Positions 37,637 to 52,391 of a stretch of DNA of 64,000 nt are shown piece after piece. Source of the stretch: Camelus dromedarius (Eukaryota). Every line of letters starts with the position of its first letter. Within the stretch, counting starts at the first letter, position 1. The stretch covers positions 18,850,001 to 18,914,000 of the forward strand of contig NC_087436.1 of the NCBI RefSeq assembly GCF_036321535.1, read 5' to 3'. The notes under the pieces are model-generated. The model saw only the letters and a program-made list of their open reading frames with translations. It searched no databases and was not told the origin of the DNA. Made by a program: the position numbers and the translations under genes.

Positions 37637-40600
37637 ACCTCCATATCTTCTTCCACTGTGCTCTCTTTACATCATCTCTAGTAACACCTCCTTAACATTT
37701 CTGACATGATCTTGATACTCTTCCCTATTTTTTATCACTGATGCCACTTTTTTCTCTGTTTTACGTTCCATGGGACAGTTACCTATCTGTCCTCAGGTCA
37801 CCATTTTTCCTGGAAATGCAGATAGTATTTCTAATAGAAGGAATCATATGACTTCCTTAGAGATTTTCCCATGATCACATTTACATAGTGATGATTAAAT
37901 TTATTGTTATTCAAGTTACATTTTCTCTTTTTCCCTTGTTTCATGCCTTCCTCTTCTTCTTTCAGGAATTTCTCCTATAGTTCCATTTTCCAAGAATTCC
38001 CTTTCTCACTGGCATTTCCAGCATATGATGTGCAATAATAAGTGAAGGAACTAAATTTAGTCAGCTTTGATTCTCATATTTAAAAAAAAAAATGGATTGG
38101 GGAACAGTCCAAAGCCTCTCTTCTCATGATCAACTGTACTCCAGGCAAATTTGTTGTATTTCTCCTTTATTGAGCACTCAGATCTATTTATCAAATGCTT
38201 TTCATACATGTTTTCCATTAGCCTTGAACTTTGGTAAATATTTGGAAGATATAATGGCTTTTGATGGTCCCTAAAGGGAAATATTGATTTTTTTCTCCAG
38301 TATATTTTGCATTCATTTTATGGTGTAAAAACTATGTCATGGTCTACTTTATGTTGTGTTAAATAAATATCAAAAGTTTAAATTTCTGTGAACAACATTT
38401 TTGGATTTTGTCTCATGAATTAGAATTCTCATGGGCATCTTCTTTTCTTTCAGAGTTTTACATTTTCAAGATTATACAGCACTGCAATATTTAGTTAGTC
38501 TCTTGGGATAAGCTCTCCAGAGAAACTGGAGAAGCTTTGTTTTTTGTTCTTATATAAAAAAATCTCTACTTGGCTCATGGAAATACCCCAGATCCCTCCC
38601 AGAATGCTTTCGTCCAAATAGCCTAAAGAATAAGCTGCCCAAGTAGTATAAAAATAATGTATGTAAATCAATATACGAGTCAGTGTTCCTTTATTACCTA
38701 GACTGCAAGATTAATTTCTTTGGTTCCCACAAAACAGCATTTATTCAGATTGGAGTCATTGTAACCTTTTCTTGTATGCACTTCATGACCTAGATTTTTG
38801 TTTGGCTCCGCAATCTAAACTCTATTTAGATCTACTAATGGTATAAGCCTTCTGTGCTGACAGAACACCCCACGTGCTAACTTTCAGCTCGGGTTCCCTG
38901 ATATAAAGTGTGCTGATAAAAATTGCTCAGCACTGTCAGGCTTATCAAGAGACTTCAGTGAAGAGTGTGCCGTTTCAGTGACACCAAGCCAGGGACCAAG
39001 ACGTTCAGACATACCATTCATCACCTCCCTTCTCAGGGCCTAAACAAGCATGCCTGCTTTTAATCAGTACATATATGGTCTTGGGAGCAAAATAAAAGGT
39101 GTCTGCTGCCCCAAAGTAGGGCAGGCATGATATCTAGTGGTTGTTGGATTGGTTGCATAATAATTGCTTTCACTGAGATATATTGCTCAGGAAATATTAG
39201 GAATGAATAGTGGCCAAGAGAGTCATGCATGGGTAAGGCCTTTGCAAAACCTTAGGTTTGGGCTTTCAGAGGCACTAACTGTTTCAGAGGAAGTAACTGT
39301 TGATGATAGACTCTGCAGGTGTCCACCTTAATATGCCAAATAAACATGTAAACTATGGCATTCTATATGGAACATCAGATGGCTGAACTTGTGGAGCTGC
39401 CTCCATCAAAATCTGACTTGGCGTGGGCAGACCTCCCCATCTTCTTAAACCTGCTGGGGTTGAGGGTAGGGAGGATGCAGATGTGACTCTGTCCCTGATC
39501 GGCTCAAGGTGGGCTGGTGGTGTCCTGTGGGGCAGTAGCGTTACTCCTCCTACTGGTTTTTATAGCTCTCTGAAGACAGTCCCTTAAACACCCAGCATTA
39601 GGAATTGATGAAATAAAATATGGTTTGTAATTAGATTATGAGGCAATGATTCAGTACCACATTCTCTAAGAATACCTAACAACATAGTAAAAGATTCGTT
39701 AATACCAAAGGAGGGGAGGCAGCAGAAAATAAAAATTATTAAAATATAGTAAAACATTGTTTCCAGTATTTACCTCTAGGTCTTAGTATTATAGTAAATT
39801 TAAAATGTTCCTTCTAATGCTGTTTTCTATTTGCTGAATATTCTATAATGACCATATACTCTTACTATAATGGGGAAATGTTATCTTTAACAAAGAAAAA
39901 AAAATGCTTAAAGCCCAGTATGAATCTACCAGTTCTAAATTCTGTTGAATAAAATTAGAGTTATAGAGAGACTATTTCATTCTGAGATTTGGATTATATT
40001 GGATAGGCAAAATGTTGGTTAAATATGTTTTTAGTAGAAATGAATTCCCATTTTATCATTTTAAAGGGCCATCCTAAAGATAAACATGAAAATAACATTA
40101 CAATTTCCAATATATGTAACTATATAAAAGTTTTCAATTTTATATTTTTCAGTAAGAAAATTTAAAAGTTAAGTTAGTGCAAATAATATTATAGAACAGC
40201 CACTTTTCATTTACATAAGGAGTGAATTTCAGTTATACTTGTAGAAGTCTTGTGAATCACAGTTAAATTTTATTTAGAATAAGTCACTATGGAAATGTGG
40301 TAATTTCATATACATAGCAACTTTTAGGTATTTTTCAATGAATGGGAGAATGTCTGTTTTCGGTCAATTCTCTGTAGCACCACTATTGTCAGTGCCCTAA
40401 AAATAACTGAAAGTTACTAAAGGTAACAAATGCATAGAAAGCTGAATTTACCAATGTGGGATTTTGAGCTGTGAATATCTGCATGAAGTCATTCTATGCT
40501 CTACAATAGCCATGAAAGTGTCTTCTAGTGTTTCTTTCTAGAACATACAAAAATTCAAGAGTTAGGCTTTTTGAAATTCAGCTTTTTTTTTTTTAATACT

Positions 40601-41714
40601 CCAGAAGAAGGGGACAAGAGAATCTGGGAATCATACATCATAATTGAATAACAGGAATCTCTTAACCTAGTGAAGGCAAGACAGGACCATGCTATAAAAC
40701 ACTGCTTTAGGATCAGATTGTCTTCTCCTTTTGCTTTGTAATTAACTTGTGTCTGTTGGTCACTCTGTGAGCCTCAGTTTTTGCATGTGTAAACTCAAAA
40801 GATTGGTCTAAAATTAATGTTTATTGAGTTGCTGACTCAGTTCCAGAATCTGGCAATGTCAGTGGAAGGTGTCGTGAGGGGAGAAGCAGGGCTGCTTCTG
40901 AGCCATTCTCACCTTTCTGATCAGATTTTTCTACCTTATTTATCTGTTTTTGTAAACTGTTTAATTTTTTGATAGTTTCCAAAGCAAAACAAACACTGAT
41001 GTAGACTCATTTAGGAAGGACAGGCATGGAACTACTTGTTAAAATGGGTAAGGGCTAATCCAAACTTGATTTTCATACATATAATGATGTTTGAGAATAA
41101 TTTTGAAAGGCTTACTCACTCACCAAGGTTACAATTAGTTTTTGCAATATGCTTTGTCCTGGAGATGTGGTTTTACACTCATATGTTATTACTCCCTGTG
41201 GTTACTTTAGTGTTTGGATGAAATCAGAGTCATCAAGTTGTGAGTGCTGACTATCCCTCTAATTGAATGGGATCTGGTGGCTGAAAAATGGTCCCTGTTG
41301 GGGAGCCAGAAGATGGGGACTCATTGGCTAGACTAGGGGAGCAATATAATAGGATTTTATGCGTATTGATTTTCCCGTCAGCAAAATGGAGTTTATACAG
41401 CTCAACCATTCATCTCCTCTGGGGTTATCCTGGGACTCACCCATAAAGACCTCTCAGATGCTCTCTGAGGGTGACACCTCTTCTCTGTATGTATTTAAGG
41501 ACTGACGGTCATCTTGAGAAACAGCTTCACTTAGCATTCTAGTGAATGAACCCAGAAAATGTTTGGATCACTTTTCCTTACTCATAATGGAACTACTAAT
41601 AACTGATAATTTTTCACCGAAGGATTATTTCCTTTGTGAACTTGAGTTAGGGAGAATGAAAGAAAATATGGCCATGTTACATGAAAGGCTTTATCTGAAT
41701 GTTTTATTAATTTG

Positions 41715-42050
41715 TTTGCTTATTTATTTATTTATTTTTCAAATTTTATTGAGATGTAATTGACAGTACTGTGTAAGTTTCAGATGGACATCATAATGGC
41801 TTGACTTGTATACATCATGAAATGATGACCACAATCAATCTAGTGAACATCCATCATCTCATACACATGTGAAACAAAAGAAGTAGAAAAAAAAGTTTTT
41901 CTTGTGATGAGAACTCAGGATTTACACTCTTAACAACTTTCCTATACAACATACAGCAGTGTTAATTGTATTTATCATGCTATACATTATATCCCAGGTA
42001 CTTATTCATCTTATAATTGGAAGTCTGTAGTTTTCAACTGCCTTCTACCT
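41715..42050 (-). mobile_element. 5'-truncated L1 3' end, same family as 25740-26064
   Basis: (TTTA)n tail, then TTTTATTGAGATGTAATTGAC...CTTGTGATGAGAACTCAGGATTTACACTCT. Confidence 0.85.
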
Positions 42051-42869
42051 AAGTGTTTTAAATAGTAAAACATGAAGGTTTTGCTTCTAGACTCTGGTGA
42101 CTCGTTCTGAGATCAGGAAAGCTTGTTCAGACGTACATCTCAGACAGTGAGATCGTACCACATTCTGTGTGTCCTTGGCCTCATGGGCGGCCTGAGTTTC
42201 CCTTGTGACCACAGGAAGATAATCATTACTGTTTTTCTGCTGAAATATTTGTGTTCTCTTAGATTTCAGGGGCTTTCAGCACTTACAAAATGTAAGGCCA
42301 ATATTTTATGAAGACTCAATGGTTTTTTGTTTTTTTTGGTTTTGGAGAGTTAAATTTGCAGTGCACAGGAAAGCATCTGCTCTCATCAAATAATCAAAGG
42401 CTTTCCAGCTAGTAGAACATAGATGGTAAACAAGTCCTAGTTTTCAGAGGAACCAACTTGATCTAGATTTGCAGTAATAGATTCCCTGATTGCAAAAAAA
42501 TTTAAAAATGCCCCCAAATTATACCGCTGCACCCCATGCCACTGTTAATCTAGTCATTGAGTGAGATGGACTGTGTTTTCTAATGTTCTCAGGAGAATTA
42601 ATTCCTTTTCATTAATTGTGCAGAAGTTAAAAACATGTATTTGTCTTAAGTTATAAATTGGCTCATAAATAAAATGCTGTAGGTAGTGAAAGATTGCCTC
42701 TAGACAGTGGATAAAAGTGGTTAAATCTTTTGTTGCAAGTGTAGGATTTTCCCTCTCCAAACATGATCAGATCATTTCTTGGCTGTATTTGACTAAAGTT
42801 ATTTTGAGCGTGTTCATGTCTTTCTATGTAGATTTTCTCATGCAGCTTATTTCTCTCTCTTGAAATCCT

Positions 42870-43130
42870 GTGCATCATTCCACGTCTTGCTCAAATCCCA
42901 CCCCTTACAGGAAAGTTTTCCAGCCAAGAATGGCCCACAATGTTCTCTCCCTTCCGTGAACTCTGTTACTATACAGTTAAGAATTTCTTGATCTTTATTT
43001 TTGAGTAGCCATTGTATCTCCTATTTCTTTGCTAATTCTCACAACATCTAGCTCATTGTATGGTGTCAAGTAACAAGTAAGGGTTCATTAAATGCTTGTT
43101 GATAAATATTTTTTAAAAAATGAATGAACA
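42870..43130 (+). mobile_element. L2 3' end
   Basis: GCTCAAATCCCACCCCTTACAGGAAAGTTTTCC...TAAATGCTTGTTGA...AATGAATGAA. Confidence 0.55.
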
Positions 43131-44810
43131 GGTCTTTAACTAGGCACAAAATTATTTTCACTGGTTTCAGCCATATTTTCCTGAACTTTAATGGAGATGT
43201 TCTGAGAGTAATCACAGAGAGTCTAGGACACAGTGGTAATCTTATATGCAAAACTCTAGTCTTTGGTATTATTCTGAAATGGACTTGGTGAACAGGAAGA
43301 ATATACTCGCTTAGAACTTAGAAGTTTATCCTGAAAAGTCAGAGGTTAGTAGTTATAAGTGGATTTGGGAGGAGCTTCTCCAGCTTTGGGACATGGGCAC
43401 TCAGGTCTCTGTGGCTGGTGTATATTGGCTGCTGACTAGTCTCTAATTCATTTCTTTGTGTTTAATTCTTTATGTTCTAATTTATTTCTTTATCTCGCCT
43501 ACTGAGCAACTTCCTGATTGTAATCTGACATTCTAGGTGTCTTCCCTAAAGAGAGAGAAAGTACTGATTGATGATTCAAGCATTTCCCTTCAAATGGGAA
43601 GTATTTTGTTCACTGTTGGTGAAAAAATTGGAATTTTGGTTATCAGTCTCTATGTACTGAGCCTACACTAGGACAGGGTTAATTCTCAGATATCTAAGCC
43701 TGCAAATCTGAGGACCACAGCCTTAATATGGTGTGTGGGAGATCCTTGTCATGGAAACTTCTATATTTCTGGTGCCACATACCATAATGTTAAAAGCACT
43801 GAAAGGGCTGCAAAGAGACAAAACCTTTTTTGTCAAAAATTTTGAATGATATTTTAAGCATAGAGTGCAGAAAACAGCAATTTCCTCTCAAATTTTCATG
43901 AACATTTTTGATAGGGAGTGTAGTTGACCTTGTAGTTGACCTTCTGAATGTGATTTGGAGGGATGTCACTTATTAAAGAGACATATAAAGAGGAAAAGAA
44001 AAAAGAAGAAAGTTCAGAAAAAAGTCAAAGGGACTAAATGATTCCATCTTTTTTCCCCCAAATGAAGTAACTCTCGTAAATGCTGTATGAACAACTTGAA
44101 TTTAAAAAAAATACTTACATCTGACCATGTGGTTTACTTAAAAGCACAGCATACATTTATGTAAAAGCAAGAGCCAGAGAAGACAGAAGAGAAGGTTATG
44201 GTGACATGAAATAGCTAAGATTTAGTACTTTTAAGTTAGTACTTTCATACCCGAGGGATGTAAATCAGTTGGCTACTGCAATCCCAATTTATTTATCAAG
44301 TTTCACACTGGGATGGAGGAGTGTTGTGGGAACTTTGGTTCCCCAAAGAAACGTGGGGGCTGTAGGAGGAACCATAGATAAGGAGATTTAAAGCTGTAAG
44401 AAAGGGAAGCTGGGGTAGGTTTGGGAAGGATTTTTTGCTCCATGAGATAACCATGACCAGCATGTAAACATATCTGTAATGTTTTGTTTACTTACAAGTG
44501 GCAAACTTTGTTCATTCAGAGTTGGGTAAGAGCAGTTGTGTTTTTGAATTTGAAGGGTTTGAGGAGGGTTGAAATGGAAAATACTTTAAAATTCTTTTCA
44601 AAATGTTAAGTGATGGCACTTGTGGAAGGCCTGTGCTAGTGTCTCACATTTCTCTATTATCTAACAGAAATTGTCTGTGGAGCTAAAACTTTAAAGTTTA
44701 TTCTTTATCTAGATATATGTATTTTTTGTGACTTTGTATGGACAGATTCTTAGTCTTTTGGAGAAATATTTGACTTTGGAAAATAGCGTTTAAAGACATT
44801 TACTTTCTCC

Positions 44811-46452
44811 AAAAGAAGAACAATTAGATGGTAGCTCGCTCCCTGAGTTCAAACTATACTACAAAGCCACAGTAATCAAAACAGTATGGTATTGGCCTAA
44901 AATAGACACAGGGATCAATGGAATGGAATAGAGAGCCCAGAAATAAGCCCACGCTTGTATGGTCAATCTATGACAAAGGAGGCAAGAATACACAATGGAG
45001 AAAAGACATCCTCTTCAATAAATGGTGCTGGGGAAACTGGACAGCTACATTCAAAAGAATGAAACTGAGCCATTATCTTACACTGTATACAAAAATGAAC
45101 TCAAAATGGGTTGAAGAATTAAACATAAAACCTGAAACCATAAAATTTCTAGAAGAAAGCATAGGCAGTATATTCTTTGACATTGGTTTTAGCAATATTT
45201 TTTGGATTTGACTCCTTAGGCAAGGGAAACAGAAGCAAAAATAAACAAATGGGATTACATCAAACTAAAATGCATTTGCGCAGTGAAAGAAATCAATAGA
45301 ATGAAAAGGCACACTACTGTATGGGAGAAGATCTTTGTAAACAGTATATCTGATAAGGGGTTAATATACAGAATGTATGAAGAACCCATATTAATGTTAA
45401 TAGTCAATATTAAATTTATTTAAAAAAACCTCAGTATTAAAAAAACCAGACAATCTGATCAAAAAATGGGCAAAGGACCTGAATAGACAGTTTCCCAAAG
45501 AAGACATACAGATGGCTGACGGTGGAAAAGATGCTCAATATCACTAATCAGGGTAATGCAAATCAAAACTACACTGAGATATTGCCTCGTATCTGTTAGA
45601 ATGTTTATTATCAAAAAGACAAGACAGAATATATTAGAAAGGATGTGGAGAAAAGAGAATTCTTGTGCACTTTTGGTAGGAATGTAAATTGGTACAATCC
45701 TTGTAGAAGACAGTATGGAGGTTCCTCAAAAAACTAAAAACAGAGCTACCATATTATCCAGCAATACCATTCCTGGGTATATATCTGAAAAAAATAAAAA
45801 CACTAATTTTAAATGATACATGCACTTCAGTGTTCATAGTAGCATTATTTTTAATAGCCAAGATATGGAAGCAACTCAGTGTCCATCAACGGATGAATGG
45901 ATAAATAAGATTTTATATGTATGTATATATATACACACAAAATGAAATATTACTCAGCCTTAAAAAGAATGAAATACTGCCATTTGCAATAACATGGATG
46001 GACTTAGAGGTATTATGCTAAGTGAAATAAGTCAGACAGAGAAAGACAAATACTGTGTGATCTCACTTACATGTGAAATCTAAGAAAACAAAATAAAACA
46101 GAAACAGATTAACAGATACAGAGAGCAAACTGGTTGTTGCTAGAGCAGAAGAGGGCAAGGGGATGGAAGAAATAGGTAAAGGGGATTAAGAGGTCCAAAC
46201 TTCCAGTTAAAAAATAAATAAGTCATGTAGATGTAATATACAGCATAAAATATAGTCAATAATACTATAATAATATTTTATGGGGACACATGGTGACTGG
46301 ACTTATTGTGATAATTTTGTAATGTATTTAAATATCAAATCACTATGTTGTACACCTAAAACTGACATAATATTGTACGTCAACTGTATTGCAATTAAAA
46401 AAAAAAGCAATGAGTTTAAAATTTTTAAATAAATTAAATAAATTAAAAAAAT
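44811..46452 (+). mobile_element. 5'-truncated L1: ORF2 C-terminus, 3' UTR and A-rich tail
   Basis: ORF 44918-45211 (...KNTQWRKDILFNKWCWGNWTATFKRMKL...) is ORF2. A tail from ~46397. Probable degenerate TSD AGACATTTACTTTCTC (44794-809) / AAATATTTACTTCCTC (46453-68). Confidence 0.95.
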
Positions 46453-46499
46453 AAATATTTACTTCCTCTAGATTCTTTAGGATGTTACACACTACAGTG

Positions 46500-46730
46500 A
46501 CAATAACCAATATTTTCAAAGGCTTATTGTATTGTTAGGGTCTTTGTATGTTGTCTTCCATTCAGTCTTTGCACTGACTCTGTGTGAAGTGCACTATTAC
46601 TGCCCTTATTCAATTAAGGTGCTTAAAATAGGTTAGTGAATTGTCCAAGGGTTCACAGTGTACATGGTGAGCCCATGAACTTGAATTCTGGTCTGCCTGA
46701 TTTCAAAGCTCTTAAACACTACTCCCTGTC
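46500..46730 (-). mobile_element. MIR SINE
   Basis: GGTTAGTGAATTGTCCAAGGGTTCACAG...GGTCTGCCTGATTTCAAAGCTC. Confidence 0.6.
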
Positions 46731-47122
46731 ACTTTTTGAATGAAGTTATGACACCTCTGGAAAAATATTTGAAAATTTAGGCCCCAAAATTAACAATACA
46801 CAGCATGTTAGAGAAATTACACACAGCAGTATGTTAGAGAAAGCTTCAAGAATATGATTTGAAATGTTTTGGTGTGTTTTCAGGGAGCAACATGCAAATC
46901 ATTGGTTCACACATGTAAGAACTATGAGAATTGATGGTCCTGGAAGGCAGAGGGTGTGCTATGGAATTAGAACTTGAGTAATTTTGTGTCTCTTTTCCTT
47001 TGTTCTTATCTCAGCATGAAGGGTCCCAAGGCAGATGTTCATGAAATGTTGATTTGGCCCCTTAATTCCCATCATGTCAGTATCATCTTCAGTGACACCT
47101 AAAGGTGCACTCAGTATTCAAA

Positions 47123-48575
47123 TTCCATAGGTTGACTTTTCATTTTGTTGATGGTTTCTTCTGTGTAAAGCTTTTTGGTTTGATGTAGTCCCATTTATTT
47201 ATAGTTGCTTTTGTCGCTCATGCTTTTGGTGTCATATCCATAAAATCATTGCCAAGACCAATGTCAAGGAGTTTTTCCCTGTGTTTTCCTTTAGGAGTTT
47301 TACAGTTTCAGGTCTTATGTTTATCTGTAACCATTTTGAGTTAATTTTTGTGAATTAGTGTTGAGATAGGGTCCAGTTTCATTCTTTTGCATGTGGTTGT
47401 CCAGTTTTTTCAACACCATTTATTGAAGTGATTATCCTTTCCCAGTTGAGTATACTTAGCTCCCTTGTCCAGTATTCATTGATGATATATGTGTGCATTT
47501 AATTCTGGGCCCTTGATTTTGTTCCATTGGCCTATGTGTCTGTATTTTATGCCAGTACCATACTGTTTTGATTATTACAGCTTACAATATAGATTGAAAT
47601 CAGGAAATGTGAAGCCTCCAGCTTTGTTCTTCTTTCTCAGAATTGCTTTGGCTATTTGGGGGTTTTGGGGTTTTCATTCAAATTTTGGGATTGATTTTTC
47701 AATTTCTGTGAAAAACGCTGTTGGAATTTTGACAGAGATTGCACTGAATTTATAGAATGCTTTAGGTAGTATGGACTTTAATAATACTGGTATCCATGAG
47801 TACTGGATATCTTTCCTTTTATTTCAGCGTACAGATCTTTACCTCCATGGTTAAATATATTCCTATGCATTTTGTTCTTTTTGATGCTATTATAAATGTG
47901 ATTATTTTATTTCTTTTTCAGATTGTTCATTGTTAGTGTATAGAAACACAGCTGATTTTGTATAATGACTTTGTATTCTACAACTTTATTGAATTCATTT
48001 ATCAGTTCTAATAGGTTTTTTCTGGTAGAGTTTTTGGATTTTGCATATTTAAGATCACATTATCTGCAAACAGAGACAGTTTTACTTCTTCTTTTCTGAT
48101 TTGATGCCTTTTATTTCTTTTTCTTGCCTAAATTGCTCTGGCCAGGACTTCCAGTACTATGTTGAATAAAAATAGCAAGAATGGACACCCTTGTCTTGTT
48201 CCTGATCTAGAGGAAAAGCTTTTAACCTTTTACCATGAGTATGGTGTTAGCTGTGGGTTTGTCATATATGGCTTTTATTATGTTGAGGTATGTTCCTTCT
48301 ATAGCCAATTTGTTGAGAGATTTTTATCATAAAATGCTGTTGAATTTTGTGAAATGCTTTTCTGCATCTACTGAGATGATCATATGATTTTTATCTTTCA
48401 CTCTATTAATGTGATGCGTCCCATTAATTGATTTGCTGTGTTGAACCATTGTTGCATCCCAGGGGTAAATCCCACTTGATCAAGGTGTGTGATTCCTTTA
48501 ATGTACTGTTAAATTCAGTTTGCTAGTGTTTTGTTAAGGATTTTTTGCATCTGCATTCATCAGAGATACTGGCAT
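47123..48575 (-). mobile_element. L1 ORF2 internal fragment (RT region onward)
   Basis: Antisense ORF2 motifs (GCCAGTACCATACTGTTTTGATTATTAC, CAGGACTTCCAGTACTATGTTGAATAA, TGCATCCCAGGGGTAAATCCCACTTGATC). Confidence 0.95.
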
Positions 48576-51500
48576 GTACTTCTTTCTAAGCTCAGAGTCT
48601 TTATCAGTGTTTTGCTCGAGTTATCTGCTTCCTCACATCTCTGAACAAAACCAGCTGCTTACTTTAGTGACCACGTGGGAATATTTATTGCTGAATTTTC
48701 TGCCTCTCTCTGATTGTTGGGCTGCGGCTATATTTCATGATTTGTACTCTGCCATAATGTGTAAAAGAAAGAGGCATTTTAGACTTTAACTTGTGGGTTC
48801 GATGTGGACAGTGTGTGGGAAGATTCGAAGAAGAACAGCTGTGGGTTTTGTCCAACAGCTGGAGGTTGTGTGGATTAAACAGGCTTCTTATTTCCTAACT
48901 GGTAGGTGATTTCTTACAAGAAATTCTCATGTCCAGAAAAGGACCTATCTAAGCATGGGCTAACTTTAAAGGTTGATTACAGTTTTCTACCTCTTTGACT
49001 TTGCTGTCTAAAAAAGATACTGCTTTGACTTTTAAAAGCTTTTTAGAAAATCAAGTTTTTCAGGCACTGCACTCATTCAGTTGGTCCGGGGTGACTGCAG
49101 TGATAGCTTTAAAAACCACAAACAGCAGTTCTTGGGAAGATGGAGTGAGACAGGAAGAGGAATTCAGAGCAAAAGGGGAGATCTGTTGTATCTTGTGAAG
49201 GCCTGCTGTCCTTTGTAAGAATGCTCCTAAGAGAGGGTTAATATGCCCAGTGTGCTGTATCTTTGTGACTTAAGGATGCAGCGGGGTTGGTTGAAAGGCT
49301 AAGCAAGTCCGCGCCCTGTTTGCTGTACCGGTTGCTGCTCTGTGGTCCAAAGCGCATTCATGCCCATCTGAATTTCTTTCACCGCTCTCTTCCGGGATGT
49401 CATTCCGCTGGGGGCACTGTGCGATGCTAAATGACAAGGTTTGTTCACAGGAATTGGCCATGAAAAAAGCTTGGTTAAACATTTAAAAAATTATAAAGCT
49501 CCATACACGTTTAGTTTATTAATATTACTACTAACAAAAACAGTAACTATTACGGCTGAATCTTGTGGGTGCTTTGAAGGATGTAGTTGGCAACCTGGAT
49601 GTGGGAAGTAGAAAGGCTGCTGGATGAATCTTGGCTGAGTGCCAATTATGTCAAATAAATTCAGTTTGCTTATGTTCTAAAGTCCCACGAGGAAAAATTT
49701 TCACATTGTATCCTTTGGCAATATCTTAAAAATTTTTTTTCCAGGATTTTTACTTTTAAAGTCTGTATATAACCCCTATAAAACTACGCTTCATCAAATA
49801 CATTATTTTTCTATCAGATTTCTTTATCTTCTTCCATATATGCACGTATTTTACATAGTTTCATTCATACAGACACAATTTCCTCAGTTGCTTTATTCAA
49901 AAAGAAAAAAGTTGTTTCTAATCTTCATAAATATAATTGTAATGACTAAATCGTATTTACTATTTTATTTGGTTGTTCTATTATTATTAGATAGTTAGGT
50001 TGTTTCTACATTCTGCTGTTATAAATAACCCTGCGATTAATATGATATCTTCATGTCAACAGTGCAAAGCTATTGACTCTCCCCCCGCCATTTGAATTCT
50101 TTTCTTTGTCCAGACTTTCAAATGTGAGACTGTAGTTGCCAAAGATAGAAATAGTTTTCCAGGCTCCTGATAACTATTAGAAAAATCATCTATGTCGGGT
50201 TCTCTCACCCCTAAGATGAGGTTATAATAACAAGTGTTTAGAACAACGCGTTTGATGCATGTTGGGTACTCTTGCAGCCTCCACCGTCATCACCACCTTA
50301 TCACTACCATTATTACTACTATGACATGCTATTGTTTGTATTATTATTTTGGTGAAGAAGGGCTTTACTTTAATGAATGAAAACAAGTATCTTAATACAA
50401 TTTTGATCATCAGACTGCTCACGTAGATGTTTTTGCTTTCTCCTTATCTTTTCAGAATGATTTGTGGGCTATTTGGTTTTCACCCTTCGTCCTCAGTCCA
50501 GAGCACTCTCCCTAAAAGAATGCCTTCTTAATTTTCACCTTTTGCTTCTCTTTTTCTCATGAAATTATTTCTACCTGGGGAAGTAAAATATTTATTTCTT
50601 ATATTTGTATATAAAACCTTCTCATATTTGGTGGTGATAAAGCCAATTTGAAGAAGTTAATGGGGTGCTGGGAAAAGAGACACCATGGTCTCAGACTCAA
50701 GTTCAACATCTGTTAGGGATGGATGTAAAAGTCTGACCTCTAGTGGCTGTGAGCTGCATCTGTAGGTTAGATGTACCAAGTCCGAAATGGGATCACAGAC
50801 AAAGGTGTCCTCCAGCACTAGCTGTGCTGGTATGGGACTGATTGGCTTTTAAAGCTCTGTTGTATTCATTGTGATGGTTCCTTATGTCAATTAAGACACC
50901 TTGCTCTCTTCCTTACAAAAGAATTACCCTAAAACTCTGTTCCTTAGAATATAGGACTTTAAACGTGTTGCGAGAATTATAGTCTCCAAAAAATATTTTC
51001 TTAAAACTACCAACCACCATCACCACAACCATGACCTGATGATATATATGTAGAAATTTCAGGGGGGGAAATCAATCACTAAGTATTTGAAAAAGGAAAC
51101 ATCAGAGGATTAAAATTCTATTTTTCTTAATCTTCAAAACATTTTTAAATGAAGATCTATCTTATCTCCTAATCAAATATTGTCAAACTTTTTACCTTCC
51201 AGGATTTCATTTTTTTAAAAAAGTAAACTGAAAGTCTCAAAAATGATTTTCTGATATCCGGACTTATCGTGTAATTAAAAGAATAGTATGAATGAAGAAA
51301 ATAAAAATTAGATCTAAGAAGTCACAAAGAGTTTGTGAGAATACACATAGCATAGTTTTATGATTTTAATTGTTGTTAAAAATGATGCAAGAATAGTGTC
51401 TCTTTGCTTCTGCATGAGAATAAGTGTTTGTTTTAAATTTTAATAATTTTGCTTTTATAAAAATCTTTTTAAGGTGATTGAATTGTCAGGGCACAATTAA

Positions 51501-52089
51501 TATTTAATATTTTGGTATTGTGCATTTGTCTGTATTGAAGCACAAAAACTAGTTGGAAAATAAAGAATTTATTTAACCTTAGCTACTTATTTAATTCTCA
51601 CAAAATTATAGAATTTGAGGCAGTTGACATTGACAGTGATAGGTTCTTCCCTAATTTCTAGATGGATAACACATTCTCCTTTGGTCCCCGCCCTAAGTAG
51701 TGGCAGTGTCTATGTTATTGTCTGTAGTCAGGAAGGGACTCTTCTGTAAAGACATGTCGTAGCAAATTTGTTCATCAGCCCTGTCCAACATTTGTACTGT
51801 TGACCTTGACTTCAAACAAATAAGATGAATGCTTCTCTGCTAAAACAGATTCTAAATTTGAGTGTATCTCTCAATCCCTCTAATACTACGTTTTAAAGGC
51901 TGAATTTATTTTCTGAAAGCCTACTGATGATTTCTGTTATTTGAATGTGTTTATTCTAATGATCTATTTTAGTTATAAACCATTTTTATTTTTGTATGCT
52001 CATTGCAAGAATGTTCAGAAAATACCAAAATATATAGAGGATAATAATATCCTTATTTTAAAAGTATTTTGACATTAGGGTTGATTTGA

Positions 52090-52389
52090 AATGGTTTCAA
52101 TTACCTGTGGTCAACCTAGATTTGAAAATATTAAACGGAAAATTCCAGAAATAAACAACTCATAAGTTTCAAGTTGCACGCTGTTCTGAGCAGCATGGTG
52201 ACATCTCGTGCTGTTCTTTGTCCTGCCTGGGGTGGGAATCATCCCTCTGTCCAGTGTATCCAAGCTGTATGTGCTACCCACCATTAGCAACAGAAAGAAC
52301 ATAGTATATAGAGGGTTCTATACTGTCCATGGTTTCAGGCATCCTCTGGGGGCCTTCAAGCATCCCCCTGGATAAGGGGGGGACCACTG
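52090..52389. mobile_element. MER44-like (Tigger7) MITE; left TIR not visible
   Basis: AAAATTCCAGAAATAAACAACTCATAAGTTT and right terminus GGATAAGGGGGGGACCACTG followed by TA. Confidence 0.8.
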
Positions 52390-52391
52390 TA

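Noticed and set aside
44811..48575. One twin-primed L1 made of the two opposed copies
   Set aside because: The plus copy has its own tail and probable TSD, the copies overlap in ORF2 coordinates, and ~670 bp of older sequence including a MIR separates them.
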